The notes beneath the pieces were generated by a model. It was not told the origin of the DNA and did not search any database. It saw only the letters and a list, made by a program, of their open reading frames with translations. A program made the position numbers and the translations under genes. DNA of 32,407 bases from positions 1-32,407 of the IMG/VR virus record IMGVR_UViG_3300032218_001253. The stretch is one strand, 5' to 3'. Every line of letters starts with the position of its first letter. The stretch's first letter is position 1. Of the stretch, positions 8,714-18,600 are shown in pieces. Source of the stretch: a virus (lineage: Duplodnaviria > Caudoviricetes).

Positions 8714-8728
8714 CATTATGAGGAAGAT

Positions 8729-9238
8729 ATGGCACAATATATAGGATTTAGCACAGTTAGAGCTTGTTTACCGTTAGCTACTAATCAACAACTCCAGATA
8801 GGTGATGTTGATTATGTCAATAATAATTATGTTGATAAAAACGGTAACCCTATCAGCATCAATGGATATGGTATTCCTGCAGGATTAAATGCGAGTACTG
8901 GTAAAAAATTCACATTAACTGACATAGATTTAGTTGTCCAAGACTTTATCAATCTATTGAATATACCAATTGGTTCTATACCCGGACGACCAGATTTTGG
9001 TACTACTATATGGAATTTCATTTTTGAACCAAACACGGATGATACTGTCCAGCAGATACAAGATGAGATAAAAAGATTAATAAGTTTAGATTCAAGGATA
9101 GTACTTGGTTATGTCAGGGCTTTTCCTCAGAATAATGGTATCTTATTAGAAACTCAGATAGCCGTACAACCATATAATAATCCTACTAGCTTAAGTATAG
9201 CTCTTAGTAGAAACACTAGGTTAGCAACAGTCGTATAA
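8729..9238 (+). CDS. gp25: Baseplate wedge / sheath initiator, gp25-like (GPW/gp25 family)
   Basis: LVVQDFINLLNIPIGSIPGRPDFGTTIWNFIFEP...IQDEIKRLISLDSRI matches the gp25 pattern (GE...P.FG..L...LFEP...EPR); located between gp5 and gp6. Confidence 0.85.
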   Translation: MAQYIGFSTVRACLPLATNQQLQIGDVDYVNNNYVDKNGNPISINGYGIPAGLNASTGKKFTLTDIDLVVQDFINLLNIPIGSIPGRPDFGTTIWNFIFEPNTDDTVQQIQDEIKRLISLDSRIVLGYVRAFPQNNGILLETQIAVQPYNNPTSLSIALSRNTRLATVV

Positions 9239-9248
9239 TTCAAAAATC

Positions 9249-9290
9249 CACTTTTTCGTTTATGATAAATATATCATATACAAAAGAGTG
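9249..9290 (+). promoter_or_regulatory. Imperfect 19-bp hairpin containing late promoter-like GATAAATA (9264-9271) and covering the gp6 ribosome-binding region
   Basis: Arms CACTTTTTCGTTTATGATA and TATCATATACAAAAGAGTG with loop AATA: 16 Watson-Crick pairs, 1 G.U, 2 mismatches. ATG at 9296. Confidence 0.7.
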
Positions 9291-9295
9291 TAACT

Positions 9296-12200
9296 ATGGC
9301 AACAAGCTCAAGACAAGGTGCATTATTCGGTCTCAATGATTGGAAAACTTTCTATAAGACTTTCAATCAAGCAGATTTTAAAAGCTATGATTTCGAAACA
9401 CTGCGAAAAGCTTTCGTAGACTACCTACAGCTTTATTATCCAGAAACATTTAACGATTTCGTGGGGTCAAGCGAATATATCGCTTTGATGGACCTAGTAG
9501 CATTCATGGGTCAAGGTCTTGCTTTCCGAAATGATCTAAATGCCCGTGAGAATTTTATCGACACTGCTGAACGTAGAGACAGCGTGATAAAGTTAGCCAC
9601 TCTGGTTGGATATACACCAAAAAGAAATCTTGCCGCCCAGGGATTTTTAAAACTAACTGGGTTAAACACTACACAGAACATACAAGACTTGAACGGTACT
9701 AATCTGAGCAACCTAACCATATTATGGAACGATCCTGCTAATCCTAATTGGTTAGAACAGATGAACACTATATTAAATGCTGCACTAGTTAATACTCAGA
9801 AGATAGGTAAACCGGGCAATAGCCAAGATATTCTAGGAGTCACTACTAGCGAATATAGCGTAGCTATCCCTCCAAACGCATTACCAATCATACCTTTCAA
9901 TAGTACAGTTAATGGTACTAATATGAATTTTGAATGCGTTAGTGTCACATCTTTAAATGAGGATTATCTCTATGAGATTCCACCTAGCCCTAAAGGTAGA
10001 ATGAACATATTATATAGAAATGATAAATTAGGATTCGGTAGTCCTAACACTGGATATTTCTTGTATTTTAAACAAGGTTCATTGCAGACTTATGATTTCA
10101 GCTTACAACAACAGATCAGTAATCAAATCATTCCTATAGGAGTGATCCAGGGTATAAACAACGACGACACATGGCTTTATAAAGTAAACACTAATGGAAC
10201 TAGAACACAATGGACACAGGTAGATAATATCTACGCTGACGCATATCTACAGACACAATCAAGCGACAGAACTATTTTTAGTGTTACTAGTGGATTTAAC
10301 GACACTATAAGTTACGTATTTGGAGATGGAATATTCAGTAAGATTCCGATCGGTAATTTCAGAGCATATGTAAGAACTAGCAATGCATTGAATTATACTA
10401 TAGATCCAGTAGAGATGAGTAACATAACTGTGTCTATGAGCTATGTTGATAGGACAGGTAAACCTCAGATATTGACTATGAATCTTACATTGCCGCAGAC
10501 GGTTACTAATGCACAAGCACGTGAGACTCTGGCAAACATAAAGCAGAGAGCACCTACACATTACTACACTCAAAATAGAATGGTAAATGGAGAAGACTAT
10601 AGTAATTTTCCATATACATTTTACAGTGGAATCGTAAAAAGCAAAGCCATCAATAGGTCAAGTGTAGGTGTAAGTAAAAATCTAGATTTGCTGGATCCAA
10701 CAGGTAAATATAGCAGCACAAGCAGTTTTGCTGATGACGGTGCTTTATACCAGAATAATAAAGAAGGATTTCTGAGTTTAAACATCAATAGTACTAGTGA
10801 TATTATAAGTTTCTTCACAAATGATCTTGCTAGCGAATTAGCTACAACAAAAGCTAATCAATATTATATACAGAATTATCCAAGATATACTGTAACTAGT
10901 ATAGCTAATCCAGTAACCCCTGATAATGACGTAGTTTATTGGAATGTAACTACCGTAGATAATAGCGTGTTGACCGGATATTTCTACAAACAAAACGGAG
11001 ATTTGCGTATTCCGCAAAGCATAGGAACATTTGCTAGTGATAACACAAAGTATATAACTACAGGTGCACTTTGTAAATTCCTTGCTCCTACTGGTATGTA
11101 CTTTGATAGTAAGAATCGTTTGCAATCAGGTATACCAGGACCAACCGACACTACTTATATATGGAGTAACGTATTAAATGTAGTAGGTGATGGTAGCAAT
11201 AACGGTAACGGTGCGTTTGCGAACGGCACCGGACCAGTAAAACTTAATGGTTATGTGCCTGACGGCGCTATAATGGGTACAGTTATTCCCGTATTCGATA
11301 ATAATATTCCTGCAGCAGTGCTACAAGAAGCAATCATACGTATGGAACTAAATCAGAATTTTACTCTGATTTTCAATAATGCATTATTAGTCAATCAACA
11401 GCGTTGGTATATAAGCACTTATGATGATAGTAAGTATTTCGTAAAGTTTACAAGTACTGCAAATGGTAGGTATACAGTAACCTATAAATCACTGACATAT
11501 TATTTTGGTTCAGTAAATCAAACTAGATTTATAGCTACTAATAACCAGATAGTCTATGATCCATATACTGGCAAAGTCATACAAGACAATGTAAAAATTT
11601 TAGGCATAAACACTTTACCTAACTCAAGTACTAATTTAGGTCAGACTTATTATGTAAATGTTATAGGGCAGACTACTCAAAGCGACGGTTATGTGAATGA
11701 TTTTGAGATAGAAGTTAGTTCTACTGATGTTAACAACAGGGAACTGATATTAAATCCAGATTTCTTTAATGAGGTTACTGGATATACTACAGGAATGACC
11801 AACACCACTAATTTTGTATTCTTTCAAACTATACAAGACCCGATAAATTTATCACAAACATTTATTGTGAGTTCATCTGATATCGTGTATGCATACCCAT
11901 CACTGACGCAGATCGAACCGGTTAAATATGATTATTCGGTAAATCAGTTATTCTATGCGTATTCAGAAAATAAATTTTATATGACTGTCCAAGATTCTCA
12001 ATCATTGATTCAAAATTATACTCTGGTAGAACAGACACAATACTCTATTTTACCAGGAAGACAGGGACTAAAGTTCCAGTATACACATAACAGTAATAAC
12101 ACACGACGCATAGACCCTGTAACAACGAACATAATAGATTTGTATATCGTACAGCGATCCTATTATAATTCATATCAAAATTATATACAGGATACTACTG

Positions 12201-12682
12201 GAACTATAAAGGAACCAGATAGACCAACTATAAATGATTTGAGTCAGAGTTATGGTAAGATTCAAGACTATAAAATGTTAAGCGACAGCGTAATATTAAA
12301 TAGTGTTGTCTTCAAACCATTATTTGGACCAAAAGCAAATAGTGCTTTACAAGCATCTATAAAAGTAATTAAAAATTCATTCACGAACGCAAGTGATAGT
12401 GAAGTTATCAGTAAAGTATTATATGCTATGAATTCTTATTTTAATGTTAACAATTGGGATTTTGGAGACACGTTTTATTTCAGCGAGCTGAGCGCATATT
12501 TACATGCACAATGCGGTGATTTAATTAGTTCAGCAGTATTAGTACCTAACAACCCAAACTTACCGTTTGGTTCGTTATACGAGATTAAATGTTTACCATA
12601 TGAGATTTTTGTGAATGCAGCAACAGCAAATGATATTGTTGTAGTCCCAGCATTGACAGCTAACGAATTGCAGGTTAAATAA
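9296..12682 (+). CDS. gp6: Baseplate wedge subunit, T4 gp6-like (baseplate J family), 1128 aa
   Basis: Motifs YDFETLR...FND...SSE...L.DL.A...NARENFIDTAERRDSV..LA..VGYTP, FGDG..S.IP and ET...IK.RAP..YYTQNRMVNGEDY. Confidence 0.88.
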   Translation: MATSSRQGALFGLNDWKTFYKTFNQADFKSYDFETLRKAFVDYLQLYYPETFNDFVGSSEYIALMDLVAFMGQGLAFRNDLNARENFIDTAERRDSVIKLATLVGYTPKRNLAAQGFLKLTGLNTTQNIQDLNGTNLSNLTILWNDPANPNWLEQMNTILNAALVNTQKIGKPGNSQDILGVTTSEYSVAIPPNALPIIPFNSTVNGTNMNFECVSVTSLNEDYLYEIPPSPKGRMNILYRNDKLGFGSPNTGYFLYFKQGSLQTYDFSLQQQISNQIIPIGVIQGINNDDTWLYKVNTNGTRTQWTQVDNIYADAYLQTQSSDRTIFSVTSGFNDTISYVFGDGIFSKIPIGNFRAYVRTSNALNYTIDPVEMSNITVSMSYVDRTGKPQILTMNLTLPQTVTNAQARETLANIKQRAPTHYYTQNRMVNGEDYSNFPYTFYSGIVKSKAINRSSVGVSKNLDLLDPTGKYSSTSSFADDGALYQNNKEGFLSLNINSTSDIISFFTNDLASELATTKANQYYIQNYPRYTVTSIANPVTPDNDVVYWNVTTVDNSVLTGYFYKQNGDLRIPQSIGTFASDNTKYITTGALCKFLAPTGMYFDSKNRLQSGIPGPTDTTYIWSNVLNVVGDGSNNGNGAFANGTGPVKLNGYVPDGAIMGTVIPVFDNNIPAAVLQEAIIRMELNQNFTLIFNNALLVNQQRWYISTYDDSKYFVKFTSTANGRYTVTYKSLTYYFGSVNQTRFIATNNQIVYDPYTGKVIQDNVKILGINTLPNSSTNLGQTYYVNVIGQTTQSDGYVNDFEIEVSSTDVNNRELILNPDFFNEVTGYTTGMTNTTNFVFFQTIQDPINLSQTFIVSSSDIVYAYPSLTQIEPVKYDYSVNQLFYAYSENKFYMTVQDSQSLIQNYTLVEQTQYSILPGRQGLKFQYTHNSNNTRRIDPVTTNIIDLYIVQRSYYNSYQNYIQDTTGTIKEPDRPTINDLSQSYGKIQDYKMLSDSVILNSVVFKPLFGPKANSALQASIKVIKNSFTNASDSEVISKVLYAMNSYFNVNNWDFGDTFYFSELSAYLHAQCGDLISSAVLVPNNPNLPFGSLYEIKCLPYEIFVNAATANDIVVVPALTANELQVK
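12676..12681 (+). promoter_or_regulatory. Possible late promoter core TAAATA immediately before the giant gene
   Basis: GTTAAATAATAAAAATG: 6 nt between motif and ATG 12688, no good SD. The motif overlaps the gp6 stop codon, so it may be chance. Confidence 0.35.
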
Positions 12683-12687
12683 TAAAA

Positions 12688-15600
12688 ATGGCACGTATCA
12701 GAACAATCAACTTCTTACCAGAAATATTTCAGACTCCCTTTAACAAACAAGTATTGGGAGCTACACTAGATCAGTTAGTTAATCAACCTAATTTACAGAA
12801 AATCCAAGGTTATATTGGTAGTAGATTTGGGTATGGAATAAATTCTAACGATAGTTATGTCCCTGAATTTGATAAGATAAGAACAGATTATCAGCTAGAG
12901 CCCGGTGTTGTTTTTACTAAACCAGATCAATCGGTTGCAAAAGACTTCATATCATATCCTGGCATTTTAGATGCTATTAAAAATAAATCTAATATCGATC
13001 AGAATCAAAGTGATCTTTTTACAAGTGAATTCTACTCATGGAATAGTTTTGTCGATCTAGATAAGCTAGTAAATTATAGTGAATATTATTGGTTACCCGA
13101 TGGACCTCCTGTTGTCACTATAGCAGCTAGCTATGTTTATAAGGATCTTGTTTACATAGTTAGTAGTTTGCCGAATAGCTATGATATTAGACTATCTACT
13201 AGTAATTCGGGTTCTAACAATCCAACATTGACTTTGCTTAGGGGAGGTTCTTATGAATTTCAAGTATCACAAGATTCTCAGTTTTGGATACAGGCTGAGC
13301 CCGGTGTAAGTGGTTATACTATAAAACAACCAAACATTCCGACAAGAGAAATATTTGGAGTAGAGAATAACGGTGCAAATCAAGGTAGCGTGATCTTTTC
13401 TGTTCCTGCTGCTGACGCACAGAATGAATATGATTTCCCAGTAAATAATATAGTCGATCTAGTATGCACTACACCATTTAATCAGATAGAAGGTAAAAGA
13501 CTAAGTGAGATAGGAAACATTGATGGTGTTACTGGATTAGAAGGACTGCGTGTAGTTTTCTATGATACAGGTATTCTAGATGAAATTGGATATTACAATA
13601 CTTTCTTCGATGAGAAACAATATGATACCAATGATGCATTATTTGGACAACAGACAGCTACACTTACTATAGGATCTACATTCGCTTATCCTGGAAGTTG
13701 GGATGAGAACAGTCCGGCTACACAATCATGGGATGAAAACAGTCCGTTAGAAGTAGACTGGGATATGGATTCTGGATACTTGAGAGTAAGTTCAGGTACT
13801 ACAAGCTCACTTAAGGTCAATAGTTCAGTAACATTTACTGGTAGTACATTTGGAAACATAATTTCAGGTAAAGTATATTATATCAGAAGCATAATAAATT
13901 CTACTGATTTTACTATTTCTGAATCTTTGTCAGGTCCACCTGTAAGTCTGATTACGGCTACAGGTACGATGACTGCTACTATAGGCGAAGGCTTATATGA
14001 AGACGGTAAATATACTACTGTAAACAATAATTATTATAAAATAACATACGTTAACTATAGCTCCGATCCTGTCATCAGATTAATTCCTGATGGCACTATC
14101 AATATTAACGAAAAGATAACTCCAACACTAGGTGTGGTATACAATAATAGACCGTTATACAAAGATGTTAATGGCAATATATCATTGATTCCATATATCA
14201 GTGCTCCGCTTACAACTCTATATTATCAGGATGGTACAAACCCAGATAAAGTGGGTATAATCAAGATCATCGAAAGTAATACAAACGATGTGTTAGATGT
14301 AGAGACTGATATTCTTGGAAAAAAATACTATAATAGCCCAAATGGTATTAAATTCACTAATGGATTGAAAGTAAACTTTGATGGAGATGTAGTACCAACA
14401 AGCTATCTAAGTGGACAATATTATGTAGAAGGTGTGGGTAAATCTATAGAATTGATTCCGGTAAGTGATCTTATAGCACCTGAAAAATTCACTCAGGGTG
14501 AATATAATACATTTGACGGTACTGGCTGGGATGTTCTTAACTGGGAGCTTAGCCTATATATTCCAGTAGATAAAGATTATATAACTATAGCAAGAAATTC
14601 ACTTAGCAAGAATGCATGGGCTAGAAGCAATCGATGGTTTCATCTTGATGTAATCAAAAATACCGCAAGTTATAATCTAAATCCAGATACGTTAAATCTT
14701 GCTTCGGGAGACAACAAAGCTAAGAGACCTATCATTGAATTTTATCCTAACTTGAAACTTTTTAATTCTGGTTCAACTAGTAGAAAACCTATCGACTTCT
14801 TTGACTTTAAGAATACAAATGCATTGGATAGCGTACCTAACAGTCTAGTTTATTACCCAGATACTGAAGTATATTCAGACAATACTGGTACTATTAATTC
14901 TGTTTCAAACGGAACATCTACTACATTAACTATACCTAAGAGTTCTGTTACCGGAACATTATTGTCGTATATGTATATAGGTGACAATTTTAAAGTTTTA
15001 CCAAATAACTCACAGGTCACTGATATATCAGATGATGATACTACCTACACATTGACAATAACTTGGGCTGGAAATCATACTTTAAGTACTACACACAATG
15101 TTTCAATAGTAGCAGACATTATTCCTGTGAATAATTATAACTTATTTCCAGGATCTAGAATCGTATTTGCAGTAGATAGTAACAGCGAAGTTAGAAATAA
15201 AATCTATCAAGCCGAATATAGTACACTGACAGTTGGAGGCGATAGCGTCATAACATTGACTGTCGCAGGAGACGGTGTATTAGAAAATGGGGTAGAACTA
15301 TTCGCATTACGCGGTTATAATAATCAAGGTAAAAGCTATTATTATGATGGAACTGAATGGTTAGAAGCTCAAGAGAAAAATACTGTAAATCAAGCTCCGT
15401 TATTTGATATATTTGACGATAATGGCATGAGCTTTAGTGACAATGACATATACACAGGAACATCTTTTACTGGTACTAAACTGTTTAGTTATGGAATAGG
15501 TAGTGGTACTGCTGATACTGTATTGGGGTTCCCACTACGTTATAGCAACGTGAATAATATAGGTGATATCAGCTTTGATGTGAGTTTCAACAAAGATACT

Positions 15601-18600
15601 TTTAATTACGTACAAAACGGAAATCCTATAGTCAAATCAATCAACATGGGTTATGTGCATAATTTTACTTCACTGACTACATATGAAAGATTATTGGGTT
15701 GGGAAAAAGCTATAGCACCAAGTATACAATATCAGATTTTTGATTTTGATTTTGATGTTGATAATCCATCATTAGCTTATACTTGTGATATCATGGCATT
15801 GCCTAGCGTCCAAGATAGTTGGCCTAGCGTAAAAGTATTTTATAACAATGTTTATAAAGAAGAAGGTATAGATTATACATATACAACAACAGATAGTAGC
15901 ACTGTACTCAATCTTATAACTACGCCTACTGAATCAACAAAGATACAGGTACTGATAAACAGTGATCAGATAAGCAATGTAGCTTATTATCAAGTGCCAT
16001 GGAATTTATCTAAGAATCCATTAAATGGTGATCTACAAGATATCAATATCGGTGATGTTAGAATACATTACCAGGATATATTCATCAATAGTCCAATCAC
16101 TACAGGAACTATTTTTGGTGATAATAACTATAGGGATTGCGGTGACTTAAATCAATATGGTAGTGTGATCGTACAAAATAGTGCTTCATTAGCATTGCCT
16201 GGAATATTTTTAAGATACCAAGACTATAGTCTAGTAGATGCATTGTTATACAATAGCAGAGAATATACAAAGTATAAGCAAAATATTGTTTATACTGTGC
16301 AAAATACTAGCTATGAACAGACATTTACTCCAAGCAAGATATTAGATGATGCGCTTGAGCAGATCACAAGTTCAAAAAACCAGATCAATAGTTTCTTTTG
16401 GTCTGATATGTTACCTGGTAAATCTCCGTATATCAGCAATACATACACATTCAATAACAATCTAGATCATACAAGATATACGCTTAGTAAGATTTATGAT
16501 TTTAACTATGCAAGCTATGATGGTATATTGGTATATCTATTGAGAAATGGATATGAATATCTGTTAGTACGCAATAAAGATTATACTATCGATGATATGT
16601 CCGCACATGTTATATTGACTATCCCATTACTAAATCAAGATCAGATAGTAGTCAAAGAATACAATCAGACTTATGGTAGTTACGTTCCTAATACACCAAC
16701 TAAGTTAGGACTATATCCTGCATTTGAACCTAAGGTTGTATTGGATAACAATTATCTAGTACCTACATATTTTATTGTAGGACATGATGGGTCTTATACT
16801 AAACTTTACGGTGAGTACGACGAAGCAAATGAGGTATTGATCGATTTCAGAGACCAAGCATTATTAGAATTCGAACGCAGAGTATATAACAATATAAAGT
16901 TAAGTACGCCTATCCCTATCAGAGAATACGATGTAGTACCAGGATACTTCAGGAACAATACTAAATCTTTAAGTTATGATACCTTCAAGGAACTTTATAC
17001 ACCATCATTCCTTGATTGGATTGGTCAAAATAGACTGGACTATAAGAGCCAGTATTTTAGTAAGACAAATGAGTTCACTTATAATTATAGTAATAGCTCA
17101 AATAAATTAGATAATAATCCAATTCCTTCTGGTTACTGGAGAGGTGTGTATCAGTATTTCTATGACACTACAGCTCCAAACGTTACGCCATGGGAGATGC
17201 TGGGATTTAGTATCAAGCCAACTTGGTGGGATGATAGATATGGACCAGCACCCTATACTAGCGAAAACTTAATATTATGGAATGATCTAGAACTGGGATA
17301 CGTATATAACGATGGAAATCCATATACTATATCAAAATTAGCAAGACCAGGACTTACGAAAATAATTCCAGTCGACACTAATGGAAATCTAGTAAGTCCG
17401 TTTGTGTCTATAGTAGGCAATTATCAGATGAAGTCTTTCCAATCTGATTGGATGGTAGGTGACATGGGACCGGTAGAGTTGAGCTATCGTCGTAGCTCAA
17501 CATGGCCTTTTGATCTTGTAAGATTATTTGCGATCACTAAACCAGCAGAACTATACAATCTTGCGGTAGATTTTGACAACTACAAATATAACACAGAATT
17601 CGATCAGTACCTATATAATGATATATCTCATCTAAGATTAGATCAGATAGAAGTATACGGAGATGGTACTCCTGCAACCTCTTATATAAACTGGATAGTA
17701 GATTACGTAAAGCAGCATGGTATAGATGCTACTGCTCAGATAACTAGTCTTCTCAAAAATATTGATGTACGATTGATCTATAGATTAGGTGGCTTTAGTG
17801 ATAAAACCTTAGTCAACTTCTTTGTCGAGAAAGCAAACCCAACAACTAATACTAACTCATTGTTGATTCCAAATGAAAGCTTAAATATTTTACTATACGA
17901 CAATGTTCCTTCTGACAAGATTAATTATAGTTCTGTCATAGTGCAACAAAATGATGGATATTTTACAGTATATGGTAATAGTCAGAAATTTGCATATTTC
18001 GAGACTGTCACTCCTATATTCAATGGTAAATATACCAATCTAACTGTAGTAGATGAAACTGTAAAACTTGCCAATGACTATAGTAACTTAAAACAACTAG
18101 TGCCATATGGAACAAAGTTCTATAATGTGCAAGATGTTTGTCAATTTTTAATGAATTATGGAAATAGCCTCATAAAAAAAGGAATGGTATTTGATAAATC
18201 ATTGAATGGTTTAGTTATAGACTGGCAGCAGATGGTATTAGAGTTGATGTACTGGAGCCAACAAGGATGGGAAGCTGGAAGTATAGTTAATCTTAATCCA
18301 GCAGCTACCGATCTTACCATCAACAATGCTAATAAAGTAGTTCAGCCACTGACTATTAAAAATCAAAATTACATATTAAATCAAAACTTATATCCAGTAG
18401 AACTGAAAGATTTATGTGTCGATAGAGATGATACTAAGTTTCATGTACATACATTGAATCAAGGCGACAGCCTTGCTTATGGTCAATTTGATCTTAGTTC
18501 TATAGAACACGGTATAGTTTTTGATAATACTACATTGTTCAATGATGTGATATATAACCTGATCACAGGATTAAAACAAGATAGAATGGTAGTCCGAGGC

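Noticed and set aside
4653-11125. Short minus-strand ORFs opposite the hub, gp5, gp25 and gp6 genes
   Set aside because: They lie opposite well-supported + strand genes, and their composition mirrors the sense codon bias.
12080-12095. HN-S motif in gp6 as a possible intein C-terminus
   Set aside because: No matching N-terminal splice block or LAGLIDADG motifs were seen, and the surrounding sequence reads as continuous gp6.
2-12682. Bacterial T6SS or extracellular contractile injection system locus
   Set aside because: T4-like late promoter motifs, a long gp6, the giant wedge protein and the lack of T6SS membrane-complex or ATPase genes favour a lytic phage; capsid genes are outside the window, so this is not formally excluded.
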